Below, one piece after another: positions 36,948-49,542 of a DNA stretch of 64,000 nt; the first letter of the stretch is position 1, and each line of letters begins with the position of its first letter. This DNA is from Squalus acanthias (Eukaryota). The stretch spans positions 131,502,001 to 131,566,000 of the forward strand of contig CM059434.1 of NCBI GenBank assembly GCA_030390025.1, written 5' to 3'. Below the pieces are notes generated by a model. It saw only the letters and a program-made list of their open reading frames with translations, was not told where the DNA came from and searched no databases. Both the position numbers and the translations under genes were made by a program.

Positions 36948-37765
36948 GGGCCGTATTTTCCGATCGGAGGCCTCCTGCATGCGGAGGCCTCCGATCTGGA
37001 AAAATCTACGGACTTACCCGAGGGCTCCTGGGGCGCCTACACTTCCGATCCTGGGCCTCTCCAAACTCCAAGTGCGCAGGGCCCACGTATCCTAGAGGCG
37101 CAGGCGGTTCGCAAGCGTCCCTGGGATCATGTGGGCCAGGCCAGCCAATAGAAGAAGGGAATCTCCCTTCATACACTTGACAGATAGACCTGTCAAATAT
37201 ATGAATGGAGATCAATGAAAATACATAGTAAAACTTTAAATAAATTTAAAAAAGAACCATCACCTTTTTAAAATCAGTTGAAATTACAATAAATTAAATA
37301 TTTTAAACAAAAGCTGGACACTTTGTTCCAGGAGGCAGTCACACCCCTTAGGTTAAGCAGTATTTTAAACAAAAATTTAATTTTTTGAAAAAAAAATTAA
37401 AGTTTTTTACGGAGCTAAAAATAAGCTTACCTTTTTTAAAGTATTTTTAAATGATAAATGACTGAAATTAAAAAAAAACTTTTTTTCAACTCTTATCCTG
37501 GTAAAAGCAGGTCTTATGCCTGCTTTTACCAGGCGTAAGAATTCTAAGGGTTTTCTGCGGGCGGAGGGTCTCCAGAAAGCGGAACTCTCCCCCCGCAGAG
37601 GCCCTTCTCTAGGGCAGGCGTCCGATCGGTCAAGAGCATTCTTGACAGCTTGGAAATGCCGGTTTTCAGCGCATGCGCTGTGCGTGCCTGAAGCAGGCAT
37701 TTCCGATGTCCCTACGGGTTTGTACACAGCCCGTACACACCCGTAGGGATCGGAATATCCGGGCC
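36948..37765. mobile_element. Harbinger-like MITE, family B
   Basis: TIRs GGGCCGTATTTTCCGATC / GATCGGAATATCCGGGCC; TSD AAT (36945-36947, 37766-37768); related end fragment at about 43370-43614. Confidence 0.82.
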
Positions 37766-38062
37766 AATTAGTCGCAGTATTTATTCAAATGATTATTTTT
37801 ACTTTTAATTTTTAGTTTTAATTAGTTAATTTAGTTTGTTATCAATTCAATAAAGTTATAGTAGTTAATACTCTCCCAGTTCTGAATTTAATCCATTTAC
37901 CTAACCTAGAGATCAAAAGAGCTGTACTCACCAACCAATTACCTACCTGCTGTCCTGTGATGCCACTCCTTGTTTTTTTGTTTTTTTAAGCTGCCACCTC
38001 AGGTCCGCACTGTGTTCTGGGCCTTCTCCAGTGCTCATATATAAGAACATAAGAAGTAGGAG

Positions 38063-41000
38063 GGGGGCTAGAAACCTATGTAGTGAAATAGAGGAAAGTG
38101 AAAGGCAGACAGAAATAAATGGTAAAAGGGTGAGGAACAAAAAACAAAGGGCCAAACTAATTCATAAAAAATGTGAGCATAAAAAAAGCCTGAGGGTTTT
38201 ATACCTTAATGCGAGAAGCATCAGGAACAAGGTAGATGAATTAGCTGTGGAAATAGAGGTTAATAATTATGATCTAATTGGGATTACGGAAACATGGTTG
38301 CAGGATGAGCAGGGCTGGGAGCTTAACATACAGGGGTATTCAGTATTTAGGAAGGATTGACAAAAAAGAAAGGGAGGAGGGGTAGCATTGCTGGTAAAAG
38401 AGGGGATAAATGCAATTGAAAAGAAGGATATTAACTCAGTTAATACAGAATCTATATGGGTGGAGCTAAGAAATAGCGAGGGGCAAAAAACATTAATAGG
38501 AGTGGTATATAGGCCTCCAAATAGTAAAATAGAGGTTGGGGAGGGCATCACGAGGGAAATTAGAGAAGCGTGCAATAAGAGCACAGCTGTCATCATAGGT
38601 GACTTTAACTTACATATAGATTGGACTAGCCTAATCAGTAAAAATAATGAGGAGGAGGAATTCCTTGAGTGTTTAAGGGATGGTTATCTGGATCAATATG
38701 TCGAGGAACCAACTCGGGAACAGGCTATATTGGACTGGGTACTGTGCAATGAGAAGGGACTAATTAGTAATCTTGTTGTACGGGGACCCTTGGGTCAGAG
38801 CGATCATAACATGATCGATTTCTCACTCGAAATGGAGAGCGAAGAAATTGACTCAGAGACTAAGGTCCTGAATTTAAACAAGGGGAATTATGATGCCATT
38901 AGACGGGAACTGAGTAGGTCTGATTGGACAATGTTCCTGGGAGGACTGGAGGTAGATAAACAATGGCAAGCATTTAAAGATAGAATGACAAAATTGCAAA
39001 AATTGTTTATACCAATCTGGCATAAAAGGAAATCTAAAAAGGTGACTCAACCGTGGATAACAGGGGAAATTAGAGACAGCATAAAATCCAAAGATAGGGC
39101 GTATAAAATAGCCAAAAAAAGCGCCAGAGCGGAAGATTGGGAACAGTTTAAGATAGAGCAAAGGAGGACAAAGGGCTTAATCAAGAGGGGCAAAATAGCT
39201 TACGAAAGCAAGCTGGCGGAAAATATAAAAACTAACTCCAAAAGCTTTTATAAGTATATCAAGAGGAAAAGACTGGTGAAAACCAAAGTTGGTCCATTGC
39301 AGTCAGATACGGGGGAATATATAACGGGAAATAAGGAAATGGCAGACCAACTAAATGCATACTTTGGGTCAGTCTTTACGAAGGAAGACACAAAAAACCT
39401 CCCTGGGATATCGGGAAAAATAGGGACATTGGCAAAGGAGGAACTGACGCAAATCAATATCTCTAAGGATATGGTGTTAAGGAAGCTAAAGGGATTGAAG
39501 GCGGACAAATCCCCAGGGCCTGATAACATGCATCCTAGGGTACTGAAGGAGGTGGCCCTAGAGATAGCGGATGCACTAAGTATGATTTTTCAGAATTCAT
39601 TAGACTCGGGAACAGTGCCCATGGATTGGAGGGTAGCTAACGTTACCCCACTATTCAAAAAGGGGGGTAGGGAAAAAGCAGGTAATTACAGACCTGTAAG
39701 CCTTACATCAGTTGTGGGCAAAATGCTGGAGTCCATCATTAAGGATGAAATAGCGGAGCACTTAGCAAATGGGGACAGGATAGGACAGAGTCAACATGGA
39801 TTTACAAAGGGTAAATCGTGCTTGACTAATCTATTGGAATTTTTTGAGGGAGTAACTGGTAAAATAGATGGGGGAGAGCCAGTAGATGTGGTGTACCTGG
39901 ACTTCCAAAAGGCCTTCGATAAGGTCCCACATAAAAGATTAGCATGGAAAATTGAAGCTCATGGGATAAAGGGGAAAGTATTGACGTGGATAGAGAACTG
40001 GCTGTCAGATAGAAAACAGAGAGTTGGAATAAACGGCTCATTTTCTGAATGGCAGGCAGTAACAAGTGGGGTACCACAGGGATCTGTCCTGGGTCCCCAG
40101 CTGTTCACAATTTACATTAATGACCTGGATCAGGGAGTCGGATGCAGCATTTCCAAATTTGCAGACGACACTAAACTAGGAGGGGGGGTGGGCTCAGAGG
40201 AGGAGACCAGGAAGCTCCAGAGCGATTTGGACAGACTGGGTGATTGGGCGGATAAATGGCAGATGCACTATAATGTGGACAAGTGCGAAGTTATCCACCT
40301 TGGGTGCAGGAACGGGAGGGCAAATTATTATTTAAATGGCAATAAATTGGGAGAGGGGGAAGTACAGAGAGACCTGGGTGTTCTTGTACACCAGTCACTG
40401 AAGGCGAGCATGCAGGTGCAACAGGCGGTCAAGAAGGCAAACGGTATGCTGGCCTTCATAGCAAAAGGGTTGGAATACAGGAACAGGGATACCTTGCTGC
40501 AGCTGTACAGGGCACTGGTGAGACCACACCTCGAGTACTGTGTACAGTTTTGGTCGCCTCATCTGAGGAAAGATGTTCTTGCCATGGAGGGGGTGCAGCG
40601 GCGATTCACCAGGCTGATACCAGGAATGGCGGGATTGACCTATGAGGAGAGACTATGTAGTTTAGGGATGTACACACTGGAGTTTAGAAGATTGAGAGGG
40701 GACCTCATAGAAGTGTATAAAATTCTGACAGGTCTAGACAGACTAGATGCAGAAGGAATGTTTCCCTTGGCGGGTGAGAACAGAACTAGAGGACATAATT
40801 TAAGGATAAGGGCTAAACCATTTAGGACAGAAATGAGGGGGAATTTCTTCACTCAGAGGGTGGTGAACCTGTGGAACTCATTGCCACAGAGGGCAGTGTA
40901 CGCCAGCTCATTAAATATATTTAAGAGGGAATTAGATATATTTCTACAGGCAAAAGGGGTTAAGGGTTACGGAGAGAAGGCGGGGACGGGATACTGAATT

Positions 41001-41097
41001 GGAGGATCAGCCATGATCTCATTAAATGGCGGAGCAGGCTCGAAGGGCCGGATGGCCTACTCCTGCTCCTATCTTCTATGTATCTATGTATTTCTAT
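38063..41097 (+). mobile_element. Young CR1 LINE, complete ORF2 with one premature TGA (38358-38360)
   Basis: In-frame ORFs 38031-38360 and 38388-40997; (TCTATGTA)n tail; 7-bp TSD GTAGGAG (38056-38062, 41098-41104). Confidence 0.95.
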
Positions 41098-41575
41098 GTA
41101 GGAGCAGGAGTAGGCCATACGACCCTTCTGGCCTGCTCCGCCATTCAATAGGATCATGGCTGATCCGAACCTAGACTCACGTCCACTTCCCTGCCCGCTC
41201 CCCATAACCCTTAATTCCCTTATCAGCTAGGAAACTGTCTATCTCCGTTTTAAATTTATTTAATGTCGCAGCTTCCACAGCTCTCTGCGGTAGCAAATTC
41301 CATAGATTTACTACCCTCTGAGTGAAGAAGTTTCTCCGCATCTCAGTTTTGAAACGGCAGCCCCTTATTCTAAGATTATGCCCCCTAGTTCTAGTCTCAC
41401 CCATCAGTGGAAACATCCTCCCCGCATCCACCCGATCAAGCCCCCTCACAATCTTATATGTTTCGATAAGATCGCCTCTCATTCTTTTGTATTCCAATGA
41501 GTAGAGGCCCAACCTACTCAACCTTTCCTCATAAGTCAACCCCCTCATCTCCGGAATCAACCGAGTGAACCTTCT
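41098..41575 (-). mobile_element. CR1 3' fragment whose tail is displaced to 38037-38055 by the younger CR1
   Basis: ORF 41177-41560; flanking repeat CCTTCTCCAGYGCTC at 38022-38036 and 41570-41584. Confidence 0.85.
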
Positions 41576-43880
41576 CCAGCGCTCCCTTTATGCCGCCAGC
41601 TCCGCTCCCGCTCAGGTCCGTGCTGTAGTCTTAAATGTTGTAAGTTGAAGGAATACTTCAGTAACAGACATTGCCCAACCCTTTGACCATCTTGGGTGTC
41701 AGAAAGTGACTGTTTAACATGGCTTCACAATTATCTTATGGAAATGTCCAGATTGTGGTAAACAGGCTTGTACTGAAATAGGAAGCGCATCAGGGAATAT
41801 TTTGTTTCCTCTGTCCATAGCATAGCTTACACATAACAGATACTACAACGCAGGAAACCTATTACCCTGAGGTGGACAAGGTTTTAATAAATAAGGCTCA
41901 TTATCAGCCAAAGAAGTGAATGCGTAAATGCAGGTGGCCACAGCAGGAAGAGCACCCACCCACTTTTCCAGCTACTGATCTGTAGTAATGTCTGAACTGA
42001 CCTCAAGTGAAAAGCTACCAGAACAAGATGGTTTTAATAAACTTATTGTATCCTAATAAACACATTACATCATTTAACATGACATGATATCCTCCATCAA
42101 CTTCATTTCTATGACTAATGAATCTTTCCTGCACATATTGATAATAGTATGTTTTATAATAGTATGTTTTATCAGCTAGAAATGTGGAGTCACATGAAAC
42201 ATTCAACAATATTTACATAGTTTGAAAAACTATAGTCCCAAATTATCCTTGGATTGCAAGATCCTTCATTTGCAAGATGTTTGTGTAGTTGTGTAAGTGA
42301 GTGAAAAGGGGAACAAAACATAACAAGATCAGATTTGTACTAGCCTGGAACTTAGGAGAGAGGACTGCAGTTTCACCTCTCCCAAATACCTTAATGCTCT
42401 TATAGTCAAGGAAGTACAGGGTGGCCTTCAAAAGGGGCTTGTAATGAATGGACTTTCTTCCATTTCAGGTCTCTCCCCTTCTATTATGTCCACTTTGTCT
42501 TGTAAGCAGATAAGTAGTCTTGAAATGTTGCAAATTGACGGAATACTTACAGTAACAGACATTGCCCAACCTGTAGCCCATCTTGGGTGTCAGAAAGTGA
42601 ACATTCATCATGAAGCTAGGTTGCGTTACAATGATTTGCTGCGTGAAGTCCATTTACAATGTTAAAACATTCAGCTGCAAAGTTGCACCGTGAATGTGCA
42701 CCCTGCTATAATATGGGCATCCATGGTAAGCAATGAAAGAACTGAAATATTGTGTCAAGGCTTGGCATGGGTCAGTAGTAAATGTATAGCAGGTCAACAA
42801 GCCACACTTTGGCAAGCATACTAGGGCCATCTAGCTGATAAATGGCACTGTTGTGTAGCCATATCTTTCCAGTTTTCTTAAGATCTGCCATCTTCTTCCA
42901 CGTCTATTCCCAGGTCTTGTGGTTATTGGATACACCTAGCCAGCACCTCCTACCACCCTCTGGGGAGGGTCTCTGGCGTGCTAAAGAGGATAATCCTCCT
43001 TACACCACATCAAACAGGAGCACCTTCATTTTTCCAACCATCAAATGTGGTTTGGGTGTCCAGCTGCTGTGTCACTTGGCCATTTCGCTCTTAGTCCATG
43101 GATACTGAGGGCAATTATGCTCCACTGCTCCCCTGGCTGAGTTCAGCTAACTCAGCCCAGACTAGGGATGCAACCTGAAATTTGCCTGGTCCGTATGACT
43201 CATTTAACGACTTAACAGGAGCAGATATTGGGAATTCAGTCATGGACATAAGTGACCACAATTCACACACTATTCTGTCCATTAAAATTGGTGTTGAGGT
43301 ATAGATCAGCCATGATCTAAGTGAATGGTGGAACAGGCTTGAGAGGCTGAATTACCTACTCCTGTTCCTATGCATATTCCTGCTTTTACCAGGCGTAAGA
43401 ATCCCACGGCCTTTCAGCGGGCGGAAGTTGGGCAAATAGCGCAACTCTCCACCTGCAGAAGCCCTTTTCCTGGGGATGTGGAGGATCTGTCAAGAAGCTT
43501 CTTGACAGATCGCAAGTGCCATGTTTTAGCGCATGCACTTCGCATGCTTAAACCCGGCACTTGCGCAGCACCGAGGGGCGCGTACGCACCCATAGGGGTC
43601 GCAAAATACGGCCCTATCTGTTTTAGTGATCTTGGTTGAGAGATAAATATTGGCCAGGACACCGGGGAGAACTTCCCTGCTCTTTCTCAGAACTCTTACA
43701 AGTTTTTTAATATTCACCAGAATGGGCAGTGGGAATTTAGATTCACTGCCCAATTAAAAGTACCTCTTCAGCCCTTCAGATCGAGACAGACACAGGAAGA
43801 GGTCTGCAGAACAAGCTAAACCACTAGAGAAAGCCATCACACTAAGCAATAATATAATACATTACTGTATGTTAGAAAAC

Positions 43881-44445
43881 TGTTTTGATAATCGGGGGGT
43901 AGTACTGTGTGGCGGGGGCAGGTTGGTAGAGGATCTTTGTCTTACGGATGTTTAGTGTAAGGCCTATGCTTTCGTACGCGTCGGTGAAGGTGTTAACGAT
44001 GGTTTGGAGTTCGACCTCCGAGTGTGCGCAGACGCAAGCGTCGTCTGCGTACTGTAATTCGACGACAGAGGATGGGACGACCTTGGATCTGGACTGGAGG
44101 CGACGGAGGTTGAACAGTTTCCCATTTGTTCTGTAAATTAGCTCCACTCCAGCGGGGAGCTTACTGAGGGTGAGATGGAGCATTGCCGCAAGGAAGATCG
44201 AGAAGAGCGTTGGTGCGATGACACAGCCTTGCTTGACCCCGGTCCGTACATGAATTGGGTCTGTGGTGGAACCATTGGTCAGGATCACGGCTTGCATGTC
44301 GTCGTAAAGCAGGCGGAGGATGGTGACAAACTTTTGAGGGCAGCCGAATTTGAGGAGGACACTCCATAATCCCTCCCGGTTGACGGTGTCGAAGGCCTTT
44401 GTGAGGTCAAACAAGGCCATGTAGAGCAGTTGGTGCTGTTCCCTG
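43881..44445 (-). mobile_element. RTE-clade RT internal fragment next to a CA-rich tract (44445-44700)
   Basis: FDLTKAFDTVNR, GVKQGCVIAPTLF, LQYADD, GLTLNIRKTK. Confidence 0.88.
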
Positions 44446-44857
44446 CACACACATAACACAAATATGCGCACCACATACAGAGCAGTAATGCATGCACGGA
44501 CACAATACAAACATCATATAAAAACACACAGCTAGACAGAGCAGAAACATACATATGCAGCACAAATTGCAAACGGAGCACACAGACAGCACACACACAT
44601 ATACAGAACAGAGACGACATACAAGTATGTATACTCGCACAAACAGAGCATAAAGGCACACATACGTCAATGTACAAATATGACACATAGCTAACCGTCC
44701 AACTCCAAGATAATGCAAATGAAAAAAACTGCGCGAGATTGATCACAAAGAAGGATTTGGATGCAGCAGTTTGATCCAGGATTCTTTTCCGGGATGTTTC
44801 TAGTTTATTAGTAATGATCTGTGTCAGTATTTGCAGGGTGTCCTGTCCAACATCCTC

Positions 44858-44965
44858 TCAACGAAGTACTGCACTGTACACAATCTCCTCTTCCTTTTTT
44901 CTTACTTTCGGCAAGTTTCCCAATTGCAGTTGTGCATAGCAGATATCATTCCCATTGCTCTCATC
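44858..44965 (-). CDS. Terminal exon of IgSF receptor, two ITIMs
   Basis: Acceptor TTTTCCCCCATTTTTCAG; phase 0; DESNGNDICYAQLQLGNLPKVRKKEEEIVYSAVLR*; AATAAA at 44809-44804. Confidence 0.85.
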   Translation of the reverse strand, partial: DESNGNDICYAQLQLGNLPKVRKKEEEIVYSAVLR

Positions 44966-45535
44966 CTGAAAAATGGGGGAAAACACACACACATGTGGTT
45001 TTACTTTCTCTGTCCTTACCTTCCTGAGCCTGCCTTCCTCCTACAATCTGCAGACTGTTAAAACCCAAGCTTGGCATTGGCTGATCACTACTCCTCGGTT
45101 TATCTCCCCTTTTCAACATTGCTGGTATTATCCACTACCGGCTTTTCCCCCTTCACTTGGGTTTCTCAATAAAAAAAATATAGTTTGTAACGAGAGAGTG
45201 CTCCAACTAAGCCAAGCTGACAGCGGACTGATTTTGATTTGCTTCTTTCCTTTAATGTTTCGACATATTTGAGGCTATCTGAGTGAGCTAATGGGTCACA
45301 TTGTACAACTGGTGATGATCAAAATCAAAATGGTCCAAGTTTGGTCTTATTGCACAGCTCCCAACTGCTTAGTCATTGCAAAGATATGTGATTAGAAATA
45401 TTCTGAAACACCTCAGAATATGATTTGGGTCTGTTGTTGCTTACATTATTCTATTATTTTCTATTACTGAACAGTTTACATTTACAGATCATCCCAGCAC
45501 AGGCCCTGCTGGTAAAATAATCAGAGAGCTCCGTG

Positions 45536-48294
45536 TATCCTCCCAGTGTCAGTCTCCACCGGCAACCTCCCAGTGTCAGTCTCCACCGGCAACCTCCCAG
45601 TGTCAGTCTCCACCGGCAACCTCCCAGTGTCAGTCTCCACCGGTAACCTCCCAGTGTCAGTCTCCACCGGTAACCTCCCAGTGTCAGTCTCCACTGGTAA
45701 CCTCCCAGTGTCAGTCTCCACCGGCAACCTCCCAGTGTCAGTCTCCACCGGTAACCTCCCAGTGTCAGTCTCCACCGGCAACCTCCCAGTGTCAGTCTCC
45801 ACCGGCAACCTCCCAGTGTCAGTCCCCACCGGCAACCTCCCAGTGTCAGTCCTCACTGGTAACCTCCCAGTGTCAGTCTCCACTGGCAACCTCCCAGTGT
45901 CAGTCCCCGCCGGCAACCTCCCAGTGTCCGTCTCCTCCGGTAACCTCCCAGTGTCCGTCCCCCCCACTGGTAACCTCCCAGTGTCAGTCCCCACCGGCAA
46001 CCTCCCAGTGTCCGTCCCCACCGGTAACCTCCCAGTGTCCGTCCCCACTGGTAACCTCCCAGTGTCCGTCCCCACCGGCAACCTCCCAGTGTCCGTCCCC
46101 ACCGGTATCCCAGTGTCCGTCTCCACCGGTATCCTCCCAGTGTCCGTCTCCACCGGTATCCTCCCAGTGTCCGTCTCCACCGGTATCCTCCCAGTGTCCG
46201 TCTCCACCGGTATCCTCCCAGTGTCCGTCTCCACCGGTATCCTCCCAGTGTCCGTCTCCACCGGTATCCTCCCAGTGTCCGTCCCCCCCACTGGTAACCT
46301 CCCAGTGTCAGTCCCCACCGGCAACCTCCCAGTGTCCGTCCCCACCGGTAACCTCCCAGTGTCCGTCCCCACTGGTAACCTCCCAGTGTCCGTCCCCACC
46401 GGCAACCTCCCAGTGTCCGTCCCCACCGGTATCCCAGTGTCCGTCTCCACCGGTATCCTCCCAGTGTCCGTCTCCACCGGTATCCTCCCAGTGTCCGTCT
46501 CCACTGGTATCCTCCCAGTGTCCGTCTCCACCGGTATCCTCCCAGTGTCCGTCTCCACCGGTATCCTCCCAGTGTCCGTCTCCACCGGTATCCTCCCAGT
46601 GTCCGTCTCCACCGGTAACCTCCCAGTGTCCGTCTCCACCGGTATCCTCCCAGTGTCCGTCTCCACCGGTATCCTCCCAGTGTCCGTCTCCACCGGTATC
46701 CTCCCAGTGTCCGTCTCCACCGGTATCCTCCCAGTGTCCGTCTCCACCGGTATCCTCCCAGTGTCAGTCCCACCGGTAACCTCCCAGTGTCCGTCCCCAC
46801 CGGTAACCTCCCAGTGTCAGTCCCCACCGGTAACCTCCCAGTGTCAGTCCCCACCGGTAACCTCCCAGTGTCCGTCTCCACCGGTATCCTCCCAGTGTCC
46901 GTCTCCACCGGTATCCTCCCAGTGTCCGTCTCCACCGGTATCCTCCCAGTGTCCGTCTCCACCGGTATCCTCCCAGTGTCCGTCTCCACCGGTATCCTCC
47001 CAGTGTCCGTCTCCACCGGTATCCTCCCAGTGTCCGTCTCCACCGGTAACCTCCCAGTGTCCGTCTCCACCGGTATCCTCCCAGTGTCCGTCTCCACCGG
47101 TATCCTCCCAGTGTCCGTCTCCACCGGTATCCTCCCAGTGTCCGTCTCCACCGGTATCCTCCCAGTGTCCGTCTCCAGTGGTATCCTCCCAGTGTCCGTC
47201 TCCACCGGTATCCTCCCAGTGTCAGTCCCCGCCGGTAACCTCCCAGTGTCCGTCCCCGCCGGTAACCTCCCAGTGTCCGTCCCCGCCGGTAACCTCCCAG
47301 TGTCCGTCCCCGCCGGTAACCTCCCAGTGTCCGTCCCCGCCGGTAACCTCCCAGTGTCAGTCCCCGCCGGTAACCTCCCAGTGTCAGTCCCCGCCGGTAA
47401 CCTCCCAGTGTCAGTCCCCGCCGGTAACCTCCCAGTGTCAGTCCCCGCCGGTAACCTCCCAGTGTCAGTCCCCGCCGGTAACCTCCCAGTGTCAGTCCCC
47501 GCCGGTAACCTCCCAGTGTCAGTCCCCGCCGGTAACCTCCCAGTGTCAGTCCCCGCCGGTAACCTCCCAGTGTCAGTCCCCGCCGGTAACCTCCCAGTGT
47601 CAGTCCCCGCCGGTAACCTCCCAGTGTCCGTCCCCGCCGGTAACCTCCCAGTGTCCGTCCCCACCGGCAACCTCCCAGTGTCCGTCCCCACCGGCAACCT
47701 CCCAGTGTCAGTCCCCACCGGCAACCTCCCAGTGTCAGTCCCCACCGGCAACCTCCCAGTGTCAGTCCCCACCGGCAACCTCCCAGTGTCAGTCCCCACC
47801 GGCAACCTCCCAGTGTCAGTCCCCACCGGCAACCTCCCAGTGTCCGTCCCCGCCGGCAACCTCCCAGTGTCAGTCCCCGCCGGCAACCTCCCAGTGTCAG
47901 TCCCCGCCGGCAACCTCCCAGTGTCCGTCCCCGCCGGCAACCTCCCAGTGTCAGTCCCCGCCGGCAACCTCCCAGTGTCCGTCCCCACCGGCAACCTCCC
48001 AGTGTCCGTCCCCACCGGCAACCTCCCAGTGTCCGTCCCCACCGGCAACCTCCCAGTGTCAGTCCCCACCGGCAACCTCCCAGTGTCAGTCCCCGCCGGC
48101 AACCTCCCAGTGTCAGTCCCCGCCGGTAACCTCCCAGTATCCGTCCCCACCGGCAACCTCCCAGTGTCCGTCCCCACCGGCAACCTCCCAGTGTCAGTCC
48201 CCACCGGCAACCTCCCAGTGTCCGTCCCCACCGGCAACCTCCCAGTGTCCGTCCCCACCGGCAACCTCCCAGTGTCAGTCCCCACCGGCAACCT
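45536..48294. repeat. 27-bp GC-rich minisatellite, about 100 copies, intronic
   Basis: Unit CCTCCCAGTGTC(A/C)GTC(T/C)CC(A/G)CCGG(C/T)A(A/T); abuts an L2 fragment at about 48294-48432. Confidence 0.97.
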
Positions 48295-48618
48295 GCTGAA
48301 ACCCTCATCCATGTCTTGTTACCTCTAGACTGGACTATTCCAACGCACTCCTGGCCGGCCTCCCATCTTCCACCCTCCATAAACTTTAATACATCCAAAA
48401 CTCTGCTGCCCGTATCCTAACGCACACCAAGTCAGGCCCGCTCCTCCTGGCCTGGCTGGATAGGGAGGGCTTTTAAAAAATATTTTATTACATACCTTTT
48501 GTTGACGGCTGCAGAAGAATCCTGAGCATGGGCAGGCCCAACACCTGCTTTGAACTAGTAACAGATGTTAGGCCCCTAATTTACATATTCACTCTTTAAA
48601 AATTAATTTTACATTTAC

Positions 48619-48707
48619 CATATTATCCTGCCCACGGTGCAATCTTTGATTACTAGCTTGAGTTCCTTTTCGTTCTTGAGTTCCTTTTCGTTCTTGAGTT
48701 CCTTTTC
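48619..48707 (-). CDS. Cytoplasmic exon of IgSF receptor
   Basis: Acceptor TTTTATATAAAAG, donor GTAAAT; 89 nt converts phase 1 to phase 0 exactly as needed; (G)KGTQERKGTQERKGTQASNQRLHRGQDNM. Confidence 0.65.
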
Positions 48708-49136
48708 CTTTTATATAAAATAATAATTGTGAAATAGAATAATGTATTTGTAAAGAACATTTTATGTGTTGCAGTGCATAGTGAACTGCAGTGATGTTTA
48801 ATAATATCATATTTTATATCATCTAAAGTAGTTGCCTCTGATATTTGCTTAATATTATTAAAGTTAGTTACAAACTGCGAGAACAAATGCAAATGTGAGA
48901 AGAAATGAACTGAGAGATCAGATACTTGTGCTCTGTGTGTATCATTCGTAACAGAATGACTTAAACACAGTGCAAAAGGTATATGTCATATCAGTTAGGG
49001 ACCATGGGTAGCCCAGTGAACCAATTAACCCTGAGACACTGAAAATTTAATTGAAGTAACATTGAAGTAGATAACGGGGAAAGAGACTTCTGAAAGTCTG
49101 AGTTAAACTAAACACCATTGTTGAGGTGAGAGAATT

Positions 49137-49542
49137 GCTCGCTGACCTACATTTGCTCGTGGTTAAGCCACGCTTCATTTTAAAATTCTCATCCTGGCTT
49201 TCAAATCCCTCCATGGCCTCACCCCTCCCTATCTCTATAACCTCCTCCAGCCCTACAACTCTCCCGGATAGCTGGGATCCTCCAATTCTGGCCTCTTGTG
49301 CATCCCCAATTTTAATCGTTCCACCATCGGCGGCCGTGCCTAAGCTCTGGAATTCCCTCCCTAAACTTCTCCACCTCTCTACCTCTCCTTCCTCCTTTAA
49401 GATGCTCCTTAAAACCTATCTCTTTGTTATCTGCCCTAATATCTCATGTGGCTCGGTGTCAAAATTTGTTTGATAACACTCCTGTGAAAAGCCTTGGGAT
49501 GGTTTACTACATTAAAGGCGCTACATAAATACAAGTTGTTGA
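49137..49542 (+). mobile_element. L2 LINE 3' fragment
   Basis: Alignable by eye with 19970-20378, including the terminal 'aaatacaagttgttg'. Confidence 0.8.

Larger units (their letters stand above)
32209..41625 (-). mobile_element. Old full-length CR1 LINE hosting four nested insertions
   Basis: Tail at about 32209-32230; ORF2 fragments 32438-35963; ORF1 36396-36911 (CRNC...HICGKC, GDS); 5' UTR pieces 37766-38036 and 41585-41625. The flanks rejoin into a block paralogous to 42410-42600. Confidence 0.88.

Noticed and set aside
42465-42653. QIIVTQPS resembling a V-domain start
   Set aside because: No downstream Ig motifs; not conserved in the duplicated block.
45020-45054. Small minus-strand exon candidate with GTAAGG donor
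   Set aside because: Would leave a 54-nt intron, and gives either a stop or the wrong phase.
45536-48294. CRISPR-like array or RSS heptamer array (CCCAGTG)
   Set aside because: No unique spacers and no cas genes in vertebrate-type DNA; CCCAGTG breaks the essential CAC and has no nonamer.
45521-48398. 400-900 aa repetitive ORFs on both strands
   Set aside because: By-products of a stop-free 27-bp minisatellite; no unique coding sequence or splice context.
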